A stretch of DNA of 64,000 bases, from assembly GCA_965287045.1 (NCBI GenBank), contig OZ336871.1, positions 107,818,001 through 107,882,000 on the forward strand. Reading direction: 5' to 3'. This DNA comes from Carcharhinus amblyrhynchos. Its lineage: Eukaryota. Positions 1-12,717 of this stretch are shown here, one piece after another. Under the pieces are notes generated by a model. The model ran no database searches. It was given only the letters and a program-made list of their open reading frames with translations, and was not told where the DNA came from. How positions within the stretch are numbered: position 1 is the first letter of the stretch; the number at the start of each line of letters is the position of its first letter. The position numbers and the translations under genes were made by a program.

Positions 1-879
1 GGGACCAGCGATTGGGCCACAGTGAGGTGGAGGTGGGGTGGGGGAGTGGTCAGAGGGCTGGCCAGCTGTTGAGCTGGTCATGAATCAGGAGGCTTTCAGT
101 GCGGGACCACTACGCATGTGCCAATCTCGGCGCTGGCAGATTGGCACATATGCAGTGGCCCACTCAGCACGCTGATTCAGCCTCTCCAGCAGGGATAGGC
201 CCACCCCCTGAAATTTAATGATATTAACGCTGATGGCCCTTGCATTCTCTGAATTCCCATTTAAGTAACCAGCATGAATTACTCCAGGTTTAATATGAAT
301 TTGACACTTTTTTGGGAGTATTCTGCCCTTTATTTCAAAATATTATGCTTCAAGGCCATATTTGTGGCAAAACTACTAAAAAGAGATTTTTAGTCGCTCC
401 CTTGAACAAATACATTTTTTCCCATCTAATCCAACGTAATAAAGCAGAGAACAGTTCCTATTACACTTAGAAATGAATTGTGATTTCAACAAAATTGGAA
501 AGGACAAGAACCTTTCAAGGTACATGGTACAACCTTTCATGAGTTAATGGGGAATTTTCCTGGTAGGTTTATGGGCTAACTGTTGCTCCAGATTAAGTAG
601 CACTACTTCTATTTGTCATTTCTTATCCTACAGCTGTTTCTCATGGAATACATCTAAGAGGACAGTTTTATCAGCCACAAAAATGGGTTTTGCCTTTCTA
701 CGGTATATAAGTGTTGTTTCGATTGACTGGCTATTTTTCACAGTAAATCTCTTTCCACTGCTCTGCACCCATAAAAAATAATTAATTTGTGTTAGCAGTG
801 GAACTGAAACTTAATGACATGCAAGCTCGGAAAAAGAAAACAAAATATGGCAACATGATCCTAGGAATTAACGAGACTG

Positions 880-1755
880 ATGTTACCTGTTCACAGATAT
901 TGTGGTCAATTCTCATGCCTTGTCCACCGTTTTAAATATTATGTGGGCAAATGTGAAATTGTTCATTTTGGCAGGAAGAATCAAAGAATAAAAAAGAACT
1001 TTATTGTTTCAACGATGAGGGATTGCAGAATTCTGAGATGCAGTAGGATCTGGGTGTCCTAGTGCATGAATCACAAAAGGCTAGTATACAGGCGCAGCAA
1101 ATAATGAGGAAATCTAATAGAATGTTATCATTTATTGAGAGGGAAATTGATTTCAAAATTAGGGAGGTTATGCTTTATTGTATGGAGCATTGGTGAGATC
1201 ACATCTAGAGTATTGTGTACGGTTGTGTGGAGTATTGATCCCCCAATTTAAGGAAAGATGTAAATGCAAGAGCAGCAATTCAGAGGAGATTTATTAAACC
1301 AAGGAAAAGGTGGAGGGGAGGGTTTCTTACAAGGAAAAGTCAGAGAGATTAGGTTTGTATCCACTTGCGTTTATAAGAGTAAGAGGCAACTTGATCAAAC
1401 CTTTTAAGATCCTGAGCAGTAATGACAGGGTGCATATGGAGGGATTGGTTCCTCTTATTGTAGAATTTAAAAGTAGGGGTCACTGTTCATAAATAAGGAA
1501 TCACTCATTTAAGACTACAATGAGAAGAATTTTTTTCTCTTTGAGGATATGAGGTTCTGGAACTCTCTTCTTCAAAAGGCAGTGGAAACAAAGTATTTGA
1601 ATATTTTTAAGGCTGGTAGGCAGATTCCTGATTAACAAGGGGGTAAAAGGTTATCAGTAGGCAGAAATGTGGGGTCAGGTTACAATCAGATCAACCATGA
1701 TTTTATTGAATGGCAGAGATGGCTCATGAGGCCAAGCTCCTAATCTGTATGGTTC
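880..1755 (+). mobile_element. Degenerate CR1 LINE 3' fragment
   Basis: VGKCEIVHFGRKN and LGLYPLAFIRVRGNLI remnants; CR1-type 3'UTR (gatcaaccatgattttattgaatggcag). Confidence 0.85.
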
Positions 1756-1806
1756 ATAAATTCGGTGGATCTACTAATTCATTTGTATTAGAGTCAGGTT
1801 TTACAC

Positions 1807-2245
1807 CAGGGGTGGAAAATCTAGGCTAGTGGCTGGGCTGCATGAATGGCCCTCCTTCACCTCAGTGGGCCGCAAGATTGAACACTAACCATGACCCCAT
1901 TAATAAGATTAATACATTTAACACAAGCCAAGTATTTCATAACGAGTTGTAGAACGTGCTTAATCGTTCATACCTTAACTTCAAATGGTAAAAAAAAGAA
2001 ATATTTATAGTTACCTTACTTGCAACATGCTCAGTGTTACATCTGGTTGGATCTGTCCTCCATACTTTCTTAGATTAGGACAAGGGTACTTCATGCACCC
2101 ATGTTTAATGTGTGTATCATCTTAGTATAAGAATTACACAGACTCAAACCAATAAAATCTGACAACCCTGTGCATCAAAATATCTTGTAGGCCACTCTCA
2201 GAACATTGATGGACCACATGCATGATGGCAGGTTGACCACCACTG
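1807..2245. mobile_element. hAT-like MITE
   Basis: Termini CAGGGGTGG / CCACCACTG with an 8-bp TSD ttttacac (1799-1806) / ttttacaa (2246-2253). Confidence 0.7.
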
Positions 2246-2674
2246 TTTTACAAAATTATACATTTGATACACTTCCTTGTGCCAAGTTAGCCTTAAACTT
2301 TTAATGCGTGATAAAACATTTGATATTGCAAAGTTTTAAATGATATACATTTGCTTTAAGTACCATGAAACCAGGTGACAGAAGCCATCCATGATTTTGA
2401 AAATACACATTGCAGCGTGTAACAAGAATAAAGAGCTACACAAATCACAGCATTAAGTAGTTGATATTGTTCAGATTCACACTAAAAATAATTAAATTAA
2501 TAGAGTGTTCACTTGAACCTTTATCAACAAAGCCATGTCAATCTGACAAATACGATTATTAATTTAAAAATTCCATTTGATTGCATTGAATAAATGAACT
2601 CATCCTTACTTTGTCATGATTCATTAAAATTGAGTCTTGTTTTATTAATGTTCATTGTCTTTGATAAGTGACAC

Positions 2675-2840
2675 AAAAGGCCGAAAGACATGCTGGTTAG
2701 GTCATGCTAAATTCACCCTCAATCTGCCCGAATAGGCATCAAAGTGTGGCGACTAAGGGATTTTCACAGTAATGTCATTGCTCTGTTAATGTAAGCCTAC
2801 TTGTGACACGAATAAGTAAACAAAATAATAATAAATAAGA
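2675..2840 (+). mobile_element. HE1-like shark SINE, 3' half
   Basis: Shares the ...gggattttcacagtaa...gtaagcctacttgtgacac-aataa tail with the full-length copies in this window. Confidence 0.75.
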
Positions 2841-3450
2841 TAATGCTTTAATACTGAATGGAATACTAAGACATATTTTCCTCATTTCACTAATATTGTC
2901 AAAATGATAAACAAATAAAAAGTGTTGCGATATCAGTAGAAACCCCAATGTACTATTTATAAGTCTTTTGACACTGCTCTTGAGTATTGTTAACCCTCCA
3001 AAAATAAAAGAATTGTAAGTGCAAAGAGAGAAAAGGAAGATGATTTTTGCTTGGGGCTTGTCAAGGTCCCTGATGATGAACCTGTGCCACTTTCCACAGC
3101 TGCAATCAAATTGAAAAATGATCATTTTACTGCAGGTAACTCCACAATAATAAAATAAATGATTAGTACAGACAAGGTTTCTGCCCCGAGAGCATAGATC
3201 TTGCAGCCATTGGTGGATTTATCACAGTGGAGCATAAAGAGGTGGCCTGCTCAAGAGCATTTAAAGCACATGGCTCACAACAGTGACTATCCCAGACTGG
3301 AGCACTCTAACAGTGGAGAAACCATGCATAAATGACAGTGGACCTAAAGTGTATTGTCTATACCACAAGCATTTACTGGGACAACTAAATATTCATAAGG
3401 CACTGTCAATGGCAGGGAAGAGCACCTTCTTCCCCAGCCTTTATGTTTCA

Positions 3451-3760
3451 AGTTTAAAGTTTATTTATTAATCACAAGTAGGCTTACATTAACACTGCAA
3501 TGAAGTTACTTTGAAATCCCCTAGCTGCGACACTCAGGCACCAGTTTGGGTGCACTGAGAGAGAATTTTAGCATGGCCAATGCACCTAACCAGCATGTCT
3601 TTCAGACAGTGGGAGGAAACTGGAGCATACAGAGGAAACCCACGCAGACACGCAGTGAACGTGCAGACTCCGCACAAACAGTGACCCAAGCTGGGAATTG
3701 AACCCAGGTCCCTGGCGTTATGAGGCAGCAGTGTTAACCACTGTTCCACTGTGCTGCCCC
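3451..3760 (-). mobile_element. Full-length tRNA-derived HE1-like SINE
   Basis: Minus strand ggcagcacagtggaacagtggttaacactgctgcctc...gacctgggttcaattccc (A/B boxes), central conserved domain, aataaataaactt tail. Confidence 0.88.
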
Positions 3761-3924
3761 AGGGCCATTCTAGGGACCCAGAAATTCAATGATTTTGTTT
3801 ATTTGTCTTTTGAACATCAGATATTTTCTTTTCTGCACAGGATGTACGAAAAGTAAATAAATGTATTAAATTTATTGTGAATTTCTCAAAGTTTCTTATG
3901 GACAACAATAACATTAACAACAAC

Positions 3925-5540
3925 ACCATTTATATTCATATTGCACTTCTAAGGTAGCAACATGTCCCAGGGTGCTGCACATGGCCATTACAGTAAAAAA
4001 TATGACACAAGCCATAGCAGGCAATAACAATGACTGAAAATTTGGTCAAAGAGATGGGTTTTAAGGAATTTCTTCAATTAGGAAAGAGAGGTAGAGAGAC
4101 AGAGAAATGTAGGGAGAAAATTCCAGAGTTAAGGCCTCGATAACTGAAAGCAAGGCCAGCAATGATGGAGCAAATAAAATCAGATAGGCTGAAGAGACAA
4201 GCATTAGAGGAGCCTCGGTATTTTGGATCATTGTAGATGAAATAAGGAGATGTCAAGCCATGAAGAGATTTGAAAAAACAATAAGAACTTTAAAATCCTT
4301 TTATTCTTTTTTCATAAATTGGTCATTGGTAAAGCCTGCAGTAGCAATCGAACTTCAAAATTATTTCATTGACTGTAAAACCATTTGGGAAATTCTGAGG
4401 TTATGAAAGGTGTTAAATGAATGTAAATATTTCCTTTCTTTAGGAGTGTCCTGAGGAAGAAAATTAAAAGAGGAAATCTTCAGTCAGGTTATTGAGAAAC
4501 AGAAATAGCAAAATTGATGTCCTCTAAGATTTTAATTATCCACTTATTGCATGGAAAGAAAGAGAGTGAAAGGAATGGATTTGCAAAATACGTAAGAATG
4601 CCATCCTCAAGCAATCTGTTTCTCTGTCCACAATGGAATAGAAATCAGTAGATCCCAATTTATGTAATGAAATAGATCAGGTAGATGATAAGCAGATGTA
4701 GATAAGCATCTTGGGAAATGATAATTACAATATGATTAGGCCTAATCCAACCAGAAAGGAAAAATGTCAGTTCACAAATTTGAACGACGGACTGAATTAG
4801 GGCATCGTTGCAAAAGATAAGTGAACCAGTTGTGGAAAGATGGAAAGAGAAATTTGCACAGTGCAATGTAAAACAGCAATGGAATTTTCTTTAAAAAAGA
4901 TGATTGTGAAGGTACAAAATAAAAATGTTTAATTAAAAGAAAGAAACTATGTTAAGTTTCATGTTGCCCATAAAGCAATTAGAAACTGATTAGAATTGAG
5001 TATGAGAGTCTTTACGGTCTATCATATCAATAATGGGAAAAAATGAGAAGACAAGGAAAGATAGGGATAGGGAAAGCTAAGTAGGAGAATGAGGAAAACA
5101 ATTTAAAAACAGCAAACCATGAAACACTTTTACAAATATATTAATAAAAAGAGAATCGATACAAGTGAGATGAGATTCCTGAGAGGAGAGGATTGTTGTG
5201 TTGTAGCTGATGATAAAGGAATGGTGGAAATATTAATAAAAACTGTACGCTGTAACAGGCTTGATTGAAGAGAAGGATGTGGGAGTGGAGGTGAATGTTC
5301 AAGTGGTTTAAGAATTAGATGAGTAATGTTAAATGGATAAAAGAAAATTTTAGATAAATTATGTATGTTGGAGGGAGATGGAGCATCAGGGCCCATCCAT
5401 TAATCTTATGATAGATGAGGGAGAAAATTACTGAGGCACTGTGCTAGAGGACAGGAGCATCACCAATGTGGTAATCAATTTGAGAAGTGAGGCAGAACTA
5501 TTCTAAGTAATAACAGGACATCTGTGGTGGGGTAAATCTT
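3925..5540. mobile_element. Old L2-like 3' end (-) followed by an ancient CR1 remnant (+)
   Basis: L2-type tail (gagatgggttttaagga...) and purine-rich, degraded APE/RT-like sequence; heavily decayed. Confidence 0.45.
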
Positions 5541-5569
5541 TAACTTTTATTAAGTAGGGAACGCACCTT

Positions 5570-6050
5570 TTGTTTGTTCATGAGATATGGACTTTGCTGG
5601 CTAGGCCAGCATTTGTTGCCCATTCCTAATTGCCCTTGAGAATGTGGTCGTGAGCCGTCTTCTTAAACCAATGCAGTCAATGTGGTGTAGGTAAACCCGC
5701 AATGCTGTTAGGGAGGGAGTTCCGGGAATTTACCCAGTGACAATGAAGGAATGGTGATACATTTCCAAGGCCAGATGGGATGTGGCTTAAAGGGGAACTT
5801 GCATGTGGTGGTGTTCCCATCCATCTGCTTGTCCATTCAGATGGTAGAGATTGCAGGTTTGGAAGATGCTGTTGAAGAAGCTGTTGAGTTGTTCTAGATG
5901 GTACACAATACTGCCACTGAGCATCGATGATAGAGGAAGTGAATGTTGAAGGCGGTGGATGGGTTGCCAATCAAGCAGGGTGCTTTGTCCCAGATGGTGT
6001 CAAGCAATTTGATGTTGATGGAGCTACACTCATTCAAGCAAGTGGAGAAG
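5570..6050 (-). mobile_element. LINE 3' fragment (CR1/L2 clade) sharing a tail with a SINE family
   Basis: ccagcatttgttgcccattcctaattgcccttgag tail; related pieces near 8660-8840, 33865-34225, 35280-35520 and 60035-60350. Confidence 0.65.
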
Positions 6051-6129
6051 CATTACTGTGGAAATATTACATTTGGTTCCCTTATCCAAATCAATGAATC
6101 ATATTGTGAACATCTAGGGCGCAGGCACT

Positions 6130-6473
6130 GATCACTGTGGTCACCTGGTACCACTCCAAAAAAAATTTATTCCTATTTTTTCTTGCCTGCTCACTAATTC
6201 TCAATCCATGCCAATGTAGTACCCCAAATCCATGTCTTTTATTTTGCACTCTAACCTGTTATCAGAAGCTTTTGGAAAATCCAAATACACTAAATCCACT
6301 GGTTCTCCCTTATTTATTTTACTGATAGAGTCCTCAAAATACTCCAGCTGGTTTGTCAAACATGATTTCCCTTTCAAAAATCCATGTTGACTTTTTCTAA
6401 TCATGTTGATGTTTTCCATGTGTGCTGCCATCTCATCCTTTATAATAGATTTTAGCATTTTCTTTACCGTCAA
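6130..6473 (-). mobile_element. CR1 RT fragment
   Basis: SQHGFLKGKSCLTNQLEYFE...VDLVYLDFPKA. Confidence 0.85.
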
Positions 6474-6559
6474 TTGGAAAAAAAAGGGTTGGCGGTAATA
6501 ATTGGAGTGAAAAAAAAGTCAATATCTTTATGGGTGGAAATTTATCATTGTCACTAATC

Positions 6560-7320
6560 ATAGGTCACTACTGAGGCTACTAAGAGAGGACAAAGTGGTG
6601 CCACTGCTAGCAGCGGCCCGTATCCAGTGGTGGGTGTTATTATCGGCTGCCTACAACTATCAGTTGGAGCATCAGCTGGAAAGTTGAGTTGCAAACACGA
6701 ATACCTTGTGTAGGCTGTCTTTAGCAGACACCCCACCAATGGTACCACAAGTAGAGAAGATGGTAATGGCCATGATTTTTCTGTATATCCTTTCAGTGGC
6801 TGCACACATCTCTTTGGATGCAAAAGGACTCAGTCTTCGCAAATGTTAAACAATTGGTGCTGACTGGAGAAATTGAAAGACTATGAACCACGGCTACTCC
6901 TTTGCCTCCCCAGCAATGGAGTGAGTCAGAACTCCAGCTCTCATGTTGTAAGAGAAAAGTGCCTGTTTGATACACCCCACCAACATCAGATGCTGAGTTG
7001 GATGAACCAGATCCAGCACTGAAACAGTGCAAGAAACCCATGTGGACTGTGAACTGCAAGGTTTCTTGGACTTAAGGGGACAGGGGTGTAATGACTTCAG
7101 TGAGGCCCATGAGGTTGGTCTCTTGGTGTACAAGCTCCCTGATTGAGGTAATGATGGCTTGCCCAATCAGGGAGTCTCCTTGGTGTATATATTGGGGAAT
7201 GGTAGGTCTACTGCCATTCCGGGTTCTGACTTTGTACCTGAAGCATTCTTAGGAGTGGAGATAGGTTTGTAAATGAAGGGAATCTGGTGAAGGGACATTG
7301 GCTTCTGAATAATTTTTTCA
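6560..7320 (+). mobile_element. Decayed Gypsy-like LTR retrotransposon remnant
   Basis: AAARIQWWVLLSAAYNY, PQVEKMVMAMIF and DSVFANVKQLVLTG resemble Gypsy RNase H/tether motifs; purine tract aaggggacagggg followed by TGTAAT near 7075-7093. Confidence 0.5.
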
Positions 7321-7338
7321 ATTGGCATTTTTTTTATT

Positions 7339-8471
7339 GTAAGAAGTCTCACAACTTCAGGTTAAAGTCCACCAGGTTTATTTGGTACATGAGCTTTTGG
7401 AGGGCTGCTCCTTCATCAAATGAGTGAAGAGTTCAGTTCACAAACAGGGCATATATAGAGACAAACTCAATTACAATATAATGGTTGGAATGCGGGTCTT
7501 AACAGGTAATCAAGTCTTTACAGGTGCAGACAATGTGAATGGAGAGAGCGTCAAGCACAGGTTAAAGAGATATGAATTGTCGCCAGCTAGTACAGTTAGC
7601 GAGATTTTGCAAACCCAGGCAAGTTGTAGGGGGTACAGATAGTGTGTACCCAAGATCCCAGTTGAGGCCGTCCTCATGTGTGCGGAACTTGGCTATCAGT
7701 TTCTGCTCAGCGATTCTGCGTTGTTGTGTGTCATAAAGGCCATCTTGGAGAATGTTTACCCAAAGATCAGACGCTGAATACCCTTGACTGCTGAAGTGTT
7801 CTCTGACTGGAAGGGAACATTCCTGCCTAGTGATTGTCGAGGGTGTCCATTAATCCGTTGTTGTGTCATCCGCATGGTTTCGCCAATGTACCATGCCTCG
7901 GGACATCCTTTCCTGCAGCGTATCAGATAGATAATGTTAGCCGAGTCACAAGAGTATGTACCATGCACCTGGTGGATGGTGTTTTCAAGTGAGATAATGG
8001 CATCTATGTGGATGATCCAGCTCATCTTACAGAGGTTGTTGTGGCAGGATTGTGTAGTGTCTGGTCACTGTTCTCCTGAAGGCTGGGTAGTTTGCTGCAG
8101 ACAATGGTCTGTTTGAGGTTGTGTGGTTGTTTGAAGGCAAGTAATGGGGGTGTGGGGATGGCATTGGCAAGATGTTCATCTTGAAGACTCCGGAGAAGAT
8201 GTCATAGCTTCTCCGCTATGTAGAAGTACTGGACAACGAAAGGTACTTTGTCCACTGTATCCTGTCTTCTGAGGAAGTCGGTGCGGTTTTTCACTGTGGC
8301 ACATCGGAACTGTTGACTGATGAGTTAAACGCCATACCCTGTTTTTACAAGGGCACCTTTCAGCATCTATAGGTGTCTGTTGTGATCCTCCTCATCTGAA
8401 CAGATCCTGTGTGAATACAGAGGGTTTGTCCAGAGGGGATGGCTTCTTTAATGTGGTTAGGGTGGAAGCTG
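7339..8471 (-). mobile_element. Penelope-like retroelement (RT C-terminus, GIY-YIG endonuclease, terminal repeat with decayed hammerhead motif)
   Basis: ORF 7756-8025 has YSCDSANIIYLIRCRKGCPEAWYIGET...QRINGH (GIY-YIG); RICSDEED motif near 8390-8410; terminal repeat 7339-7435 reads tTGATGAaGGAGcagccCTCCaAAAgctc on the minus strand. Confidence 0.9.
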
Positions 8472-8971
8472 TTTCATTTGTTTTGTTGGTTTGCCTGGAT
8501 TCAGTTGTTGAGGACTTGTTGAGCAGAGACTCTAAGCTCCCAGCACCTGTTGAAGCAGATGGACTGTGGAAGTTCGGTACCTTACTTATCTGGCTTGCCT
8601 GCCTTCATGTGGGCTGACCATTGGGACACAATGGCGTCTCCCACAGTGGGAGACCAATAACTGAGTTACTTGAAGGGGAACTTCCAGGTGAAGTTGTTCC
8701 CATGTACCTGCTGCCCTTGTTCTTCTAGGTAGTAGTGGTCACATGTTTGGAAGGTGCTATCTAAGGAGTCTTGGTCAATTCCTGCAGTGCATCTGACTCT
8801 GTGCGTTGGTGATTGGGAGAGTGGATGTTTGTGGATGAGATTCCAAACACTCCAAATGAGTGTTTTGCAGCAGCATGCCTATGACAATATCAGATCACCA
8901 GGCCATCAGGATGGTAGATTTAAAAAGTGGGGGCTAAGCAATGGGTAGGTGTAGTTAGAAAGTTTGGATTG

Positions 8972-9528
8972 TAAAAGCTGAAAATGCTGGAAAAACTCAG
9001 CAGATCTGGTAGCATCTGTGGAAAGAAAAACAGAGTGCACGTTTCAAGTTTAACACCTTTAGAAGAAATGTTTCCTCTTCCTTTCAGGTGTTAAGGAATG
9101 CAAACCTTACTCCTCCATCAAAAAAAATCCTAACACAATCACTCTTTCCCACCGAACCATCTGTTCTTAAGTTTTGCTTTTACAACACTGACCTTTGTTC
9201 TCCTAATAACACAATCTGCTATTTTACCTCAATGCCACTATCAGCATCTCCTATAGACCTTCACGCTGCCACTAACACTTCTTTTGTTATATACCCTACA
9301 TATATGAGGCATTCTCTCCTGGCTCCCACCTATCACCTATCTTCTATTTCTCTCCACTCTGCCCTCCCCCACGCCCATTATATATAATCCATCAGATTTT
9401 TCCCTCTCTTTAACTCTGAAGAAGTCTTCCAGGCTCGAAATGTTAGCTCTATTTCTCTCTCTACAGATGCTGCCAGACCTGCTGAGGTTGCTTCAGATTT
9501 CCAGCATCTGCTGTATTTTGCTTTTATT
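8972..9528 (+). mobile_element. Second PLE family, with inverted terminal repeats and a decayed hammerhead motif
   Basis: 8980-9048 is the reverse complement of 9434-9510 (cagatgctgccagacctgctgag); CTGAAGA...GAAA at 9416-9440. Confidence 0.7.
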
Positions 9529-9569
9529 GGTCTGGATTAGAAGAATGGGGTCGGGGAGGGGGAGGGGGG

Positions 9570-9955
9570 AATCTTACAGAAATATATAAAATTGTGAAGG
9601 AAATAGATTAGAAGGAGGGATGTTGTTTCCACTGGCAGGTGAAACGAGAACTAGGGGGGCATGGCCTCAAAATAAGGGGAGCAGATTTAGGACTGAGTTG
9701 AGGAGGAACTTCTTCACACAAAGAGTTATGTGTGGAATTCCCTGCTCAGTGATGCAGTTGAGGCTACCTCATTGAATATGTTTAAGGCAGAACAGATTAC
9801 ATTTTGAACAGTCAAGGAATTAAGGGTTATCGTGAGCAAGCGGGTAAGTGGAGCTGAGGCCAACAAAAGGATCAACCATAGTCTTACTGAATGGCTGAGC
9901 AGGCTCGAGGGGTCAGATGGCCTACTCCTGCTCCTAGTTCTTAGTTTGTTATGTA
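9570..9955 (+). mobile_element. CR1 3' fragment
   Basis: RFRTELRRNFFTQRV-like coding end and ggcctactcctgctcctagttctt tail. Confidence 0.88.
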
Positions 9956-10399
9956 AAAGGATGAGTTTTTCCATTATCCTTCGGAATTGCATGCAGTCCT
10001 ATGTAAGCCGTCAGAGCCTGATTTGCACAATGAGGCTTCATACTATTGAGGTGGCCACCAGGGCAACATAGTGGACAGCCCAATAAACAGATTGGGAAAT
10101 AGGACAAAATGTTCACACAACCATTTTAACATTTACTGGGGGAAGACATATAGAGATTCGTCTTTCTGTCATTCTTTCTGATATTTTGACAAGGAGCTCC
10201 ACATGGAAATGTAAGAACAACATATGTTAAAGGCGGTGGGGATCAGTACCATAGGGAATTACGTTGCTTTTTTACATGTAAGACATTTGCATGTTAAAAT
10301 CGTCTCTGGTGATCTAACGTGCTGCATATTATCAAATTATGTACACTCGCACACACAAATTAAAGCACACACATCTATTAACTGGCTCGTCTGGTCCCT

Positions 10400-10500
10400 G
10401 GTACAAATTCAAGAGAACGCAGAAGTGAGAGGGACAAACTGCAGCGAAAACCTCGCGAGAGTGTGGGATCGCGGAAGAGAAACCGGATTAGTGATTGACA
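10400..10500 (+). promoter_or_regulatory. Likely PTER housekeeping-type promoter
   Basis: CpG-rich patch with CCTCGCGAGA (10451-10460, one mismatch to the TCTCGCGAGA BANP/Kaiso-type palindrome) and an ETS core GCGGAAG (10471-10477), about 0.5 kb upstream of the acceptor of coding exon 1. Confidence 0.5.
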
Positions 10501-11007
10501 CGATTGTAATTTCAACCAGGAGACTGGGGATTGACAGCAAGAGTGCACCTCCATTAATGCAAGCGCTGTACTGACTGGGGTATTCATTTCAGACATTAGT
10601 AGATCTACTGTGTGTGTGTGAGTGATTTTAACATTGTTTACAGCACTAGCATTACTCAGTCTGAAATGTAAAGCTGTGGTGTCTTGCTGAAATTTGAAAA
10701 ACAACATTGCTGTTTGTTTGCACTTTCACCCGATGAGAAGTTGTCTTTCGGCGCTGGTGCTATTCTGGGAGTTGGCAGGATATTTATTATTTTATGTGCT
10801 TTAATCTGTAGCTGGCAAAGGTTGTTTAAAAAGTCCGGGTGTCCGCGTTACTTTGCACTCGTCCTGTGGTCACTTTAAACCACACTTTGAAAATGCTAAC
10901 TCCACTTTATGTGCAAGAGTTTCTCTCTGCCTCTCTCTCATTAGTGAACACAAGCTCCAGTTTAATCGATAGCTTGCTCTCGGTTTGTTTGCAGGTAGTT
11001 CGAGCCA

Positions 11008-11439
11008 ATGCAGGGGCTGAGTGGGAAAGTTCAGACTGTGCGGGGTCTGATCGATCCCGGACAGATGGGTCGCACCCTGACCCACGAGCACTTGACCATG
11101 TCCTTCACTTTCTGCTACTCGCCCCCACCCCCGGGCCAAGAGGCTTGCTCCGAAATGCCGATAGTCATGGAGAACCTGTACTGGCTCAAGCAGCACCCGT
11201 ACAGCCACCGGGGCAACCTCCTACTCAACCAGGAGATCGAGGCGGTTCGGGAGGAACTGGTACATTTTAAGAAAGTGGGCGGCGGAACTATCGTGGAGAA
11301 CACGACAACCGGGATCTGCAGGGACGTGAAAGCTCTCCGGCGCCTTGCCCAGGACACCGGAGTCCACATCATCGCTGGGGCAGGCTTCTACGTGGGTGAA
11401 ACTCACTCCCCTGAAACGCAGAGCAGCACCGTGGAGAAG
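11008..11439 (+). CDS. PTER: Phosphotriesterase-related protein (N-acetyltaurine hydrolase), coding exon 1 (aa 1-144)
   Basis: [16 protein letters not shown]...LTHEHLTM...[10 protein letters not shown]...GAGFYV has the amidohydrolase HxH motif (H26/H28). Acceptor tttgcag ends at 10994, ATG at 11008, donor AAG|gtgagt after 11439; 432 nt, phase 0. Confidence 0.97.
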
Positions 11440-12717
11440 GTGAGTGCACCTAACTGGGGTGAAATCAGGGCCACGCTGGGCTGATAAGCAATGCCCCAAT
11501 TGTGATGGATACAATGAGTTCCCTTGTTTTTGTTTTAATCACCAACTGCGATTGACGTGAGATGGGAACCCAATTGCACTGGCGAGGCATTGGCGCGTGG
11601 GGAGGATAGCAGTGACATTTGGACGTTTATCAGAAGGACACCAAACAGTTGACCTCGAAGTCTTGTTTCTCCAAGGAATTTTCAATATCAAAACATGCTC
11701 GGGGATTTTCACAGTAACTTCATTGCAGTGTTAATGTAAGCCTGCTTGTGACACTAATAAATAAACATGATGCTGTCAATGAGGTTTTGCCCTGAACAAG
11801 TTTTTTTCCACTTCTACAGGGCATGGGGAAAAGGGAGAATAAATCATACTGGTGCCTTTGCTCCACACCTTAAGTCCTGGACAATTTTTTACAACATTCC
11901 ACTGATTCACTAGAGCCATATGGTCAATAGTCCAAACATGCTGACCTTGCAAGGCAACACAAACCAACTGTGAAAGCCACTTGTCCCAGTTAACCCTGAA
12001 ATAAATGGTTAACCCTACTATTAAAAATTGGTGAAATATTATCAAGATAGGTAAAATTCTGCCACATTTCACATTTATTAACAAAGAAGTAATTTCTCAA
12101 CTACAAAGAAACCTCTCCAGCAACAAACAACTTTATTGATACAAGGGTTATAAGTATCTCTTGAAACATCTTGGCATTTGATAAAATATCACAAAACAGC
12201 CTTATTCAAAAAAAATGGAAGCACCACTATTAAATGGAGTCTGTAACTGACAAAGGAATAGGAGGCAGAGAGTAAAGACAATGGATACTCACCTAACTGG
12301 AGAGAGATATGCTCTGGGATCTTCCAGGGATTGCTATTGGGACCTTTGTTTCTCTTCTGTGTAAATGATGTGGATTTAAAATAGGATGTGAATACTGAAA
12401 GAAAGTCAGGATAAACATTTACAAATTGCTGGCTATGCCTCAGCAGGGGTAATGTGCACAATTCCAGACACCAATCTTCAGGAAGAGATTACAGAGGAGT
12501 TTTACAAGTTGCTACTGTGACAGTGGTGGGCAATCTGTGTCCCATCTGAGTTCTGAATATGGCCCATGAGATGTTTTGTTCACCCTTGTCTGCACGCAGG
12601 GTTGCCACATTCTGCTGATTTCCAGCCACATCATTTTTTTCCTAGTGGTATGACAAGTGGCATATGCACAAAGCAAGGGCAAGTGAGGTGGGGCTGATTT
12701 CAGATAACATTGAATTG

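Noticed and set aside
1-330. GC-rich repeat-like segment; similar short TIR-like pieces near 16085-16275, 27165-27297, 39324-39797 and 49815-50455
   Set aside because: Probably MITE-type repeats, but ends and TSDs could not be fixed reliably by eye.
3690-3760. tRNA-like A/B boxes, here and in the other SINE heads
   Set aside because: They are SINE 5' domains continuing into SINE bodies, not complete cloverleaf tRNA genes.
11008-11484. Possible bacterial phosphotriesterase (HGT or contamination)
   Set aside because: The gene is spliced with canonical GT-AG introns, gives a 349-aa vertebrate-type protein and neighbours C1QL3.
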